From NCBI GenBank assembly GCA_963806185.1, contig CAWDXE010000001.1, positions 576,001-640,000 on the forward strand: 64,000 nt of DNA, written 5' to 3'. Below the pieces are notes generated by a model. It ran no database searches. It was not told where the DNA came from and saw nothing but the letters and a program-made list of their open reading frames with translations. This DNA is from an uncultured candidate division Zixibacteria bacterium. Lineage in GTDB: Bacteria > Zixibacteria > MSB-5A5 > GN15 > FEB-12. Positions within the stretch are counted from its first letter, which is position 1. Every line of letters starts with the position of its first letter. A program made the translations under genes and the position numbers. Shown here in pieces: positions 21,615 to 30,928 of this stretch.

Positions 21615-21833
21615 ATGTCTTTGGAACACTCAGTGAGACTAATGGCCGGGATCATGGTCCTGCTGTCGCTGGCGCTCTACTATTTTGTATCGCCGTACTG
21701 GCTTTTCCTGACCCTTTTCGTCGGCCTGAACCTGGTTCAATCGGCTTTTACTAAATGGTGTCTGGCGGAGGAGATCTTCAAGAAGTTGTTCTTTAAGGAT
21801 GCCCCTTCGGCGCGGTCTCGACAGGCGGTCTAG
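21615..21833 (+). CDS. DUF2892 / YgaP-like small membrane protein
   Basis: MSLEHSVRLMAG...FVGLNLVQSAFTKWCLAE with AAGGAGA RBS. Confidence 0.88.
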   Translation: MSLEHSVRLMAGIMVLLSLALYYFVSPYWLFLTLFVGLNLVQSAFTKWCLAEEIFKKLFFKDAPSARSRQAV

Positions 21834-23391
21834 GCGCTTTCCGCTGATAGTAGTAGAATCTGAGCAGACCCGATTGAGAGTCCTTGTAGCGATCGAAGCC
21901 GGGAATGGTATCGACCCTGATGTCGACCACGTGCCCGTCAAACTCCCGTTCAAACCGAGCACTCCCCTGGATTTCCCATTCGGATAGAAACCAGGGCCGG
22001 TGCATCTGCGCGCCATTGGCGGGTCCGGCGATGATGTAATCGGGTCGGCGATTCAAAATATAGATGCCGTACCCTTTCGTATGTCCCGGCACGAACTGCC
22101 AGTATCCCTTCCTGGGAGTTGGGTTTCGGCGAGCGATCGTGGTATCGTTGAGTCCGAGCATATCGATGTACCGATTCTGCGGCGCAAAAAACGGCGTCGA
22201 TCCGGCGGTGTTCAGCGCAATCAAACTGCCAGCCGGCCAGTTGGCCGTGATGTAGTCGGCGATGATCTTCCCGTGAAACGCAGCGCCGTCCATCTCCTTC
22301 GCCTGGGCTGTTTCCGCTGACGGATAGATGAGCGGCGCCGCCGAAAGCAACATCAACCCCCCAACTATGGCGTACCCCGCCCTACGTACGGTTTCCCATC
22401 GCAGGACCTCGCGAACACCAATTGCCACGAAGAGTGCCATCGTCGGCACGACAGTCACAAAATAGCGACTGGCCGGCATATGGTCTCCCCCAACGGCCAC
22501 GATGTACGCGATGTAGATAATCGTCGCCGATCCGAGGAAAGCTAACATCGGCGTCCAGGCACGGCGGAGGCTGATCACGACAGCCGCTCCCAGCGCCAGG
22601 AGTGGCAAATAGGGAACCCACATTGCAAAATTGAGAAGGTAATACTTCCCCACTATGTAGGAGACTTCGGACATCTCGCCTTTCACGTAATACGTATTCG
22701 GGAAAAAGCCACGATAGTACGCCGTTCTCCAGACGAAGTAGGGTAAGAATACCAACAGAAATGGTGAGCCGAGAAGTACCAGCCGATCAAATTCGATCTT
22801 TCTTACGAGCACCAGAATCACGAGGAAGATGGCGGCAATAGCGAAGAACAAGATTCCGTCCGGTCTGGTCATTGCTGCAAGAGCAAAGAGCACCGACGCG
22901 ACCGCAGTCAATCGTCGACTTCCGGACAAGGAATAGCCAAACAACCAAGTTGCGGCGGTTATCAGGGCGGCGAAGAGAGTGGTCTCCAGTCCTCCAACTG
23001 ACCAAATAATCGACGGCAATGCGGTGATCGTGAGAACGAAGGGAATCACCATCGGCAGTTCATTGTCGTTGTTGCGAAAGTACCGATACGAAAACAACAG
23101 GACAAATAACGAGAGAAGGGCAAAGGCCTTGATTCCGATAATCCTGGTCGCCGTAACCAGGCCGAAACCCAGCTTGGCGCACAGGCTGACCAGCATGATG
23201 AAGAGGAAGTTGCTGTACCCTTCGACCTTCTCACCAGGATTCCAGACCAGCCCCTTGCCATCGAGAAAGTTCATGGCATAGCGAAGCGAAATGTAGGCGT
23301 CGTCGTGATAAAACCCGGAATATTGAGTATAGCCGATCACCGCAATGATGATGGCAATGAGGATGATGCCGATAACGAAGGTTCGCTTCAC
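21793..23391 (-). CDS. Polytopic GT-C-like membrane glycosyltransferase
   Basis: DDAYISLRYA..F..G.GLVWNPGEKVEGYSN, GLET, TRPDG and PNTYYVK. Confidence 0.7.
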   Translation of the reverse strand: MKRTFVIGIILIAIIIAVIGYTQYSGFYHDDAYISLRYAMNFLDGKGLVWNPGEKVEGYSNFLFIMLVSLCAKLGFGLVTATRIIGIKAFALLSLFVLLFSYRYFRNNDNELPMVIPFVLTITALPSIIWSVGGLETTLFAALITAATWLFGYSLSGSRRLTAVASVLFALAAMTRPDGILFFAIAAIFLVILVLVRKIEFDRLVLLGSPFLLVFLPYFVWRTAYYRGFFPNTYYVKGEMSEVSYIVGKYYLLNFAMWVPYLPLLALGAAVVISLRRAWTPMLAFLGSATIIYIAYIVAVGGDHMPASRYFVTVVPTMALFVAIGVREVLRWETVRRAGYAIVGGLMLLSAAPLIYPSAETAQAKEMDGAAFHGKIIADYITANWPAGSLIALNTAGSTPFFAPQNRYIDMLGLNDTTIARRNPTPRKGYWQFVPGHTKGYGIYILNRRPDYIIAGPANGAQMHRPWFLSEWEIQGSARFEREFDGHVVDIRVDTIPGFDRYKDSQSGLLRFYYYQRKAPRPPVETAPKGHP

Positions 23392-23412
23392 AAGTGTCTC
23401 ATCCTGCCGTCG

Positions 23413-24891
23413 TTATCCCTTGACGACTCCCACTGGGCGGAATCGCGCGACTTTTAGCGCGATACCGGCGCTATGCGTGATTGCAATGACTTCGTCGATA
23501 TTTTTGTATACCCCCGGCGCCTCTTCGGAAATGCCCCGTTTGCTGGCGGCGCGAAGGTAAATGTCCTTTTCCTTCATTTGCTCGATGACCCGATCAACCG
23601 GGAACTGCCGCGTCGCCTGTGTGCGCGACATGCGCCGCCCCGCACCGTGACACGATGAGCCAAAGGTCTCCTTCATGGCGCGATCCGTGCCTACCAGCAG
23701 GTAACTTGCCGAACCCATATCACCGGGAATCAGTACCGGCTGGCCGACCGCACGATACCGCTCGGGGATTTGCGGATGGCCCGGTCCGAAAGCACGCGTA
23801 GCCCCCTTGCGATGCACGAACACCAGACGTTTCTTGCCGTCGATCTCGTGCTGCTCCAGTTTCGCCATGTTGTGTGCAATGTCATAGACAATATGCAGGC
23901 CCAAGCGCGGGGCCGACTGGCCCAACACCTGTTCGAAAGACTGCCGCACCCAGTGGGTGATCATCTGGCGATTGGCCCAGGCAAAATTGGCGGCACATTT
24001 CATGGCGGCAAAATACTCCTGTGCCTCGGTCGAATTCGCCGGAGCGCATGATAACTCCCGGTCCACCAACGGGATATTGTATTTCTTGTTGGCGCGAAGC
24101 ATGACGTCGAGATAGTCGGTGCAGATCTGGTGCCCACATCCGCGCGAACCAGTGTGCATCATCACCACGATTTGATCGGGCTCGGTAATACCAAAAGCTC
24201 TGGCCGCTTCAGGGTGATAGATCTGATCGACTCGCTGGATTTCAAGAAAGTGGTTGCCCGCCCCGAGACTACCGAGCTGTGGGCCGCCCCGCTTCTTGGC
24301 ATTGTCGCTCACCAAGTCGGGATCGGCGCCGTCGATACACCCGCTCTCTTCCATGACAGTCAGGTCTTCCTGCCAGCCATACTCTCTGTCCACTGCCCAG
24401 CGCGCCCCCTGAGTGAGCACCTGGTCGATCTCCGACCGGGAGACGCGTACTTTGCCTTCGGAACCGACGCCGGAGGGGACGTTGGCAAACAGGGAGTCGA
24501 TCAATTGGGGAATGTGTCCCTTCAGCTCGGGAAACGACAGATTGCTCCGGAGCAATCGAACGCCGCAGTTAATATCGTAGCCGACACCACCCGGGGAGAT
24601 CACGCCGTGCTGAGCGTCGAACGCAGCCACGCCGCCAATCGGGAAACCGTACCCGTGATGGATGTCTGGCATGGCGATGGAATGACCGATGATGCCCGGC
24701 AGTGTCGCGACATTGGCGACCTGGTCGGGAGAGTCGTCGGCGGCAATAGCACGGAACATTTCCCGATCAGTATAGATCAGACCGGGAACGCGCATTTTCA
24801 GATTCTGCCGCTTCATAGCTTCCGTTTGGTAGCTGGGGGGAATCTCAAAGCGATAAGCGTCGATTTCCCTGACTGGTCCGGTGTATGCCAT
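23413..24891 (-). CDS. rtcB: RtcB RNA ligase (long archaeal/eukaryal-like type)
   Basis: MPDIHHGYGFPIGGV, GYDINCG, GNHFLE, HTGSRG, HRKGAT, PGDMG, HGAGR and EEAP..YK. Confidence 0.96.
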   Translation of the reverse strand: MAYTGPVREIDAYRFEIPPSYQTEAMKRQNLKMRVPGLIYTDREMFRAIAADDSPDQVANVATLPGIIGHSIAMPDIHHGYGFPIGGVAAFDAQHGVISPGGVGYDINCGVRLLRSNLSFPELKGHIPQLIDSLFANVPSGVGSEGKVRVSRSEIDQVLTQGARWAVDREYGWQEDLTVMEESGCIDGADPDLVSDNAKKRGGPQLGSLGAGNHFLEIQRVDQIYHPEAARAFGITEPDQIVVMMHTGSRGCGHQICTDYLDVMLRANKKYNIPLVDRELSCAPANSTEAQEYFAAMKCAANFAWANRQMITHWVRQSFEQVLGQSAPRLGLHIVYDIAHNMAKLEQHEIDGKKRLVFVHRKGATRAFGPGHPQIPERYRAVGQPVLIPGDMGSASYLLVGTDRAMKETFGSSCHGAGRRMSRTQATRQFPVDRVIEQMKEKDIYLRAASKRGISEEAPGVYKNIDEVIAITHSAGIALKVARFRPVGVVKG

Positions 24892-24898
24892 GAGCGAT

Positions 24899-24970
24899 AA
24901 GATAGAGGTTTCGCACCGGTCGTCAAGCAAAGCGATTCGACTTGATGCCGACTGTGCAGTCCATTATCTT
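24899..24970. promoter_or_regulatory. Back-to-back divergent promoters for rtcB (leaderless-type) and the 24989 gene
   Basis: Minus strand: TTGACG (24926-24921), 16 nt, TATCTT (24904-24899), 7 nt, ATG. Plus strand: TTGATG (24942-24947), 17 nt, TATCTT (24965-24970). Confidence 0.55.
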
Positions 24971-24988
24971 GACGTGGGAGAATCCTTC

Positions 24989-26080
24989 ATGCCAACCGCG
25001 GCCATTTTGTTGTCACGCCAGCCCAAGCATCCTCACGGGGGCCTGCCATGGGTCAGGAATACAGTTGCAGCAGTTGTATCGGCCGGGACACGTGGATACA
25101 CCGTCCTCACATCGACCGGCATGAACACCTGGGAGTTGGTGCTGGCGGCAGCTCACGCCAACGGTTTCCCAGTGGAACTGCTCATCGCGACAATCGACGG
25201 AGAGGATCGCACCGGCATGTCGGCCGACATAATGGAGCAGTTTGAACTCTCAGCATCGCTGACGAAGTTCACCTTCCTGGATTCGCGTACTGGGATCAGC
25301 ACACCTCAAGGTGAGCGCGATCAGACGATAGTTGCTGTGGCAGACTTACTCCTCCCGGTGTCGATACGCCCCGGCGGTCGGATGGAGTCACTACTTATCG
25401 AGTCGGAAAGAAAGGGAAAGGCGGTCGACCGAACATATCAAGTTCCTTATGAATCGCGTCACGACCGACTGGCCTATGCCGTTTCGACGACGGCCCTGCG
25501 GCACTCGGCAGTCGAAGCGGGAGCTGACTTCTTGATCCACTGGACGCGCACCGCCAGTTCTCGATGGCCGGACGAGCTTGCGATTGACTTTTATCGAGCG
25601 GTGATTGAATCCGAAGTCTACCCGCGTTCGGTCTTCCACACGCTGACGCACATACTGACGACGCGACACCTGTCAGCGTCACGCCGACACATGCCGCGCA
25701 ATATTGCGACCGTCTCATTCACGGGGTTAACTGTGGCCGAGTCGCTCCCGCTCATGCGCTGGCGAGCGAAGTACGCAGAGATGTCGTTTGAGCCGTACGG
25801 GATCGGCATCAGGCGTGATGCGGCCCGGCAGATTGGCATCTACCCGTTGCAGTACTATGATCCGACTGTCGCGTTTACTGCCTGCCATGTCGAGCCATGG
25901 CTGACACAGTCTATCGGCGCCAAAACCGACTGGCGGCAGGAGCGCGAATTTCGTCACAAAGGGGATCTGAACTTGAAATCAGTGTCGAACGACAAGCTGA
26001 TTGCTTTCTGCCCAACCCAAAAAGAAGCGGCCATGCTGGAAGGCATGGCCGGTATCCCAACAATCGCCCTGTTTGGGTGA
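24989..26080 (+). CDS. Uncharacterised two-domain protein: SLOG/DprA-like N-terminus plus AbiGi-like ADP-ribosyltransferase-fold C-terminus
   Basis: GGGAG RBS. N-terminus AILLSRQ...GYTVLTSTGMNTWE...RDQTIVAVAD...IRPGG. C-terminus LIHWTR, TLTHIL, VSFT, EPYGIGI and DWRQEREFR. Confidence 0.6.
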   Translation: MPTAAILLSRQPKHPHGGLPWVRNTVAAVVSAGTRGYTVLTSTGMNTWELVLAAAHANGFPVELLIATIDGEDRTGMSADIMEQFELSASLTKFTFLDSRTGISTPQGERDQTIVAVADLLLPVSIRPGGRMESLLIESERKGKAVDRTYQVPYESRHDRLAYAVSTTALRHSAVEAGADFLIHWTRTASSRWPDELAIDFYRAVIESEVYPRSVFHTLTHILTTRHLSASRRHMPRNIATVSFTGLTVAESLPLMRWRAKYAEMSFEPYGIGIRRDAARQIGIYPLQYYDPTVAFTACHVEPWLTQSIGAKTDWRQEREFRHKGDLNLKSVSNDKLIAFCPTQKEAAMLEGMAGIPTIALFG

Positions 26081-26081
26081 C

Positions 26082-29028
26082 TTACTTCAACAATAGCATC
26101 TTTCGAGTCTCCGACAAGTCGCCGGCCGTCACCCGATACAGGTAGATGCCCGACGAGCAGCCCGTGGCATTCCAGAGCACAGACACCCTGCCCGCGCTCG
26201 CTCTCCCCTTCTCTTCAAAGACCGACTGGCCAAGCACGTTGAACACAGAGACCGTATAGTCGCTTACCCGGGGGAGATCAAAGGCTATGGTCGTGCTGGG
26301 ATTGAACGGGTTGGGGTAGTTCTGATACACGGCAAACCTGGACGGCAGAGACGGTTCGTCGGTACCGTCAACATCAGTCGGAACGGCGGTGGCACGATTG
26401 GCGGCGGCGATGATGTCACTTTCAGTATTTCCAGCCAGTATGGCAAAGCTGACCGTGTCAACCGCATTTGGCGCGAGGCTAATCGGCCCGGCAGACACAA
26501 CCTGCACGATATCGGTGGCGGCACCTAGTTGGGTCGTACGCGGTTCCAAAACCATCTGTGAGAGCCGCATACTTTTCATCAGTTGTGAAGCCGTTGGCGC
26601 CCGCACTCCAGAAAGGAATCCACGTTTCTGACGGACCCTGAACGGTCCAAGCGGAAGCCCAATCGCCTTCCACGACACGGACACCGCGGAAGTCGGAACG
26701 AGTACCGGAAGCATTCTGGCAGTCCACGCGACATGGTTGGCTGCGTCGTAGTAGCCGCAATGGCGGACCCGCATTCATAACCGGCGTCTCCCAGTCGAGA
26801 TATAGACCGACGTACATGGCGCTTATCGAACTGCCGCTGATGTTCTTGACAATGTAGCGAAGTGTAATGAAATCGTCATTCGGCGCCGCTTGACCAAAAG
26901 TTTCCTGGGTCACTTCGACTCCTATAGGAAACGCGCTGCCGTCATCGGTGAACTTCGAAGTTGTCTGAATCAAAGTCCCGAACGTGTCGGCTCGAATATT
27001 GCCTCCAGCTACAGGCGCGAAATCGCGATCAGGCTCCAAACTGATGCTGTGCACAACGCTCGACACTTGACCAAATCCAGTACCGATGAGCAGTCCCCCC
27101 TCCAACAACTGGTTGCTGGACCCATTGAATCTGAAACCCACACCACCCGAAGGAAACCCAAGCGTATTTGGTCCGATACCTACTACGCCCCAATTGGTGA
27201 TCGTGAGCTGCACCTTGCCCGTGCTGTGCGTGTAGAGCTGGCGCGTCACCTTCGGGGAGACGACTACGGACAGGACTGTAGATACGTCGCCGAAATCTGT
27301 CCCCGAAATCAGCACATTCATCGGCAGGACGGCGCCCTCCTTGGCCGACGAATCGACGACTACTTTAATGATATCGAGCGCCTTGCCGGTATCCAGCGCC
27401 GTGATCGTCCCAAACGACGCCGCACCGTCGATGACGGTCAACTGCGGGTCGGCCGACTGGATATTGAGCGTCACATTGCTGCCGGTCGCATTGCCTGTAT
27501 TCTGCAGCACCACGTACCCGGTAAGAGTGTCACCCGGGCCGGCTTGACTTGCCACGAGATCGTATACGCGGAGTAATGGCGAGGCGGCCGGTGACGGCAG
27601 GGCGGCCAGAGCTGCAACGCAGTCAATTTGTCCCCAACCATAGTCGTTGTTGGGCAGGGCTCCCCAGGTTGATCCCGGTGCAGCCGCTGCCGTATTGAGT
27701 ATGGCGGTCTTAATCTGTGCCGGAGTTGCATTGGGATTTTTCTGCCGCATCAGTGCCACCAGGCCGGAGACATGCGGAGCCGCCATTGACGTACCCGATA
27801 ATACGCCAGTCGCGTTAGGTGGATATGTTGAGATAATGTTGAAACCCGGGGCAACCACGTTTGGCTTTACCATGCCCGGCTGGCAAGATGACGGACCACG
27901 GGACGACGATCCGCTAAGTACCGGCGGACTGACTGTGGAATTGAGATTGCCCACTGCAAAACAATCGATGGTGCTGAGCGCCCGCTCGGCCGGATTGCGC
28001 GGGCCGGTAAAGCCTTCATTACCTACGGCGAAAACATTGACAATTCCGAGCGCTTCGGTGTTGTCAATCGCCTCGTAATATATGTCCATGCATTCGAACT
28101 TCTGGAACCCCCAACTGTGGTTGATCACGTCGGGCATATCTTCTACGGTCGACGGATTCCCGTCCGGATCAGCCGCCCATTCAAAGGCGTCCAGTATTGA
28201 CGCTTCGACGTCGACCACACCGGCCGAGATCCATTTGGCACCCGGGGCTACACATAGCGTATCGCCGGTGGCGGGGTTGCGCCCTACCATAATACCCATG
28301 GTGTGCGTGCCATGGTTGCGGGAGCTAGGGTCAACTGACGAAATCAGATGTGGGTATTTCAATTTATCGATCGGGTCAAACCAGGCGGCGGCCGAGTCAC
28401 CGTCGGTCCCCTTCCACGTACCGCTCAGCCCGGCGTTTGTGCCTTCAACGCCGGAGTCAAAAGAACAGACTACTCTTCCCCGACCGGTATATCCCAGCAA
28501 CCAAGCGAGATTGGCCTTGATGTAGGTGATATTGCTCGCTACGCCAGCCGCGCCCGGGGGCAAGTCACGGCTACTGGATTCTTCCACCGGAGCAATGAGG
28601 GTCGGGCGCGGGATCGTTGTCACCAGTTCTACATCGGGGCGCGCCGCCAGGGCGAGCAGTTCACTCACCGGGACTTCTGCTTCCACGACGTTGGCAATCC
28701 AGTGCCCCTTGGGCGGATGAGTCGCCCTGCGGTTTCCGAGCGAGGAGAGTTCATCCAGCAGGCGTGTCTGCGCCATCCGGCTGTTATCGCGCAGCGCTTG
28801 AATGGTCGCCCGGTGCCGGGTAGCCGGGGGGAGTGTTTGGTCGGCAGCTATGCCTCTCGCATCCGTACGAATTTTGGGCGGCGTCACCTTGATCCAGACT
28901 CGGACCAGACTGGTGTCGGACAGACTTTGGACCCGCGCCAAAAGGTCGGAAGAGAGTTCCCCCGCCACGCCGGCTGTCGCCAGGCTGAGCGAGATTGCAG
29001 CGACTAAACAACAGATAGTTCTTCTCAT
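26082..29028 (-). CDS. Secreted S8 subtilase (bacillopeptidase F-like) with C-terminal T9SS/FlgD-type sorting domain; several frameshifts at about 26520-26790
   Basis: Signal peptide MRRTICCLVAAISLSLA, catalytic FDSGV, HGTHTMG and SGTSMAAPHV, C-terminal QNYPNPFNPST...SGIYLYR...KMLLLK. Confidence 0.88.
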
Positions 29029-29249
29029 ATGCGTGCCAATCAAAGAGGGACGATTATTTCGCGGTTTTTGATCAATGCCGGCCCTTTTGGGCCGGTTCTG
29101 CGTTTCGAGCGGCCATCTATCGGCCAACAACCTTGTACCTATTGTCGGCGCTCGACCACCCCGTTCTTGAGTCAACTCGAAGACTTGTCATCTTCGGGAA
29201 AACCACCTACCTTCGGTGGCGTGAATAATATACAACAATTCGAGAATAA

Positions 29250-29771
29250 GTGAGTACTCCGTTCGATTCCCTCAGCCGCGAGCAGTTGCTGGAGGTTCTT
29301 GGCGATTTCGCCCGCAACTGGCTGGCCCACGACGGACTCTGGTTTCAGACCGTGGAAAACCGCCTGGGCATGGAAGCGGCCATCGACCTTGATGCCAAAG
29401 CCTGGGAGCAGTTTACGGTCATCGAGGCTCAGCGCATCATGAAACGCCACGATATCCCCTTTCGCTCCGGATTAGATGGATTGAAACGCGCCCTGGGGTA
29501 TCGACTTTATGCGATGCTCAACACTCAGGAAATCCGGAATGAAAAGGCTCATTCGTTTGATTTCTTCATGGTTGATTGTCGCGTTCAATCAGCCCGCAAG
29601 AGAAAGGGTTTACCCCTTTTCCCCTGCAAGTCGGTCGGCATTGTCGAGTACACCGGCTTTGCCAGGGCAATCGACGATCGCATTGTGACGGAATGTATCT
29701 GTTGCCCGCCCGATGATCAGGCGGGCCGAGAGTTTTATTGTGGCTGGCGCTTTTCGCTGGCCGACCAGTAA
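29250..29771 (+). CDS. DUF6125-like Cys-rich protein
   Basis: NWLAHDGLWFQ, DCRVQSARKRKG, PCKSVG and CICCPPD...CGWRF. Confidence 0.75.
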   Translation: MSTPFDSLSREQLLEVLGDFARNWLAHDGLWFQTVENRLGMEAAIDLDAKAWEQFTVIEAQRIMKRHDIPFRSGLDGLKRALGYRLYAMLNTQEIRNEKAHSFDFFMVDCRVQSARKRKGLPLFPCKSVGIVEYTGFARAIDDRIVTECICCPPDDQAGREFYCGWRFSLADQ

Positions 29772-29775
29772 CCGC

Positions 29776-30731
29776 CTACTTGGCAGCCGGCGCACCGGTT
29801 CGCGGAGCGGCGGAGGTGAAGAAAGCGACCGTTCGCCGAAGCCCTTCATCGAAGCTCACCGTGGGGGCGTACCCGTGAGACTTGATCCGGTCGATAGCGG
29901 CGTACGAGTGACGGATGTCACCGGCGCGCGGCGGATCGTACTTGGCGGCAATGGTCACGCCCATAATTTCACGGAGCTTGTCCAGAAGCTGATTCAGCGT
30001 GTATTGGGCGCCGCAAGCGACGTTGAATGCCTGTCCCACCATTTTGTCATTCTTGGCCGCCAGCAAATTTGCCTGTACCGCGTTGTCGATGTAGGTAAAG
30101 TCGCGCGATTGTCCCCCGTCGCCGAATACGGTCGGTGCCTCGCCGCTCATAAACCTGGTGATAAATCTCGGCACGACCGCGGCGTATTCACTCTTTGGGT
30201 CCTGACGAGGTCCGAAAATGTTGAAGTACCGCAGGCAGACAGTGGGGAAGCGGTACAGATCGGCGTAGACCCGACAGTAGTATTCGTTAGTCTGCTTGGT
30301 GACCGCATAAGGAGACAGCGGGTGCGGCGTCATCCCTTCGTGCTTGGGCAACTCCTCGGATTCGCCGTAAATCGATGACGACGAGGCCATGACCATACGC
30401 TTGACACCGGCGAGGCGGGCCGCTTCCAACATGTTCAGCGTACCGTCGATATTGACGACATTGGACGTCAGTGGATTGGCCACCGATCGGGGGACTGACG
30501 GCAGCGCTGCCTGGTGTAAAATGAAATCAACTCCCGCAACGGCCTTGCTGACCGTCCAGTAATCCCGAATGTCGCCGTCGACCAATTCGACATCGCGAGA
30601 ATGTCGTTAATATTCTCGATTCGGCCGGACGAAAAGTTGTCCAGAACCCTTACCTGATGACCCATCTCCAACAGACGATGAGCAATGTTGGAACCGATAA
30701 AACCGGCTCCACCCGTAACTAAATATTTCAT
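29776..30731 (-). CDS. NAD-dependent nucleotide-sugar epimerase (WbpP/GalE-like SDR), frameshift near 30594
   Basis: [35 protein letters not shown] and [10 protein letters not shown]. Confidence 0.92.
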
Positions 30732-30928
30732 CTTTTTCGCGTGCCCCTGGTAGGCGTGCCTACACTGTTCGGTTGTCTTCTATGCTCGTTTTGTCGGCTG
30801 AAAACAGGTTAGATTTACCGGCAAAAACGCTGCGTATGCCCTTGTGCACGAGAAGGTAAGCATACATTATGGCTTTGTCCAGTCCGACTTTAAAATGCCT
30901 GCTCCGGGTTCCAAAGGAGTCTCCCGGC

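Noticed and set aside
23413..24891. Intein in RtcB
   Set aside because: The 492-aa length and continuous motifs leave no room for an insertion.
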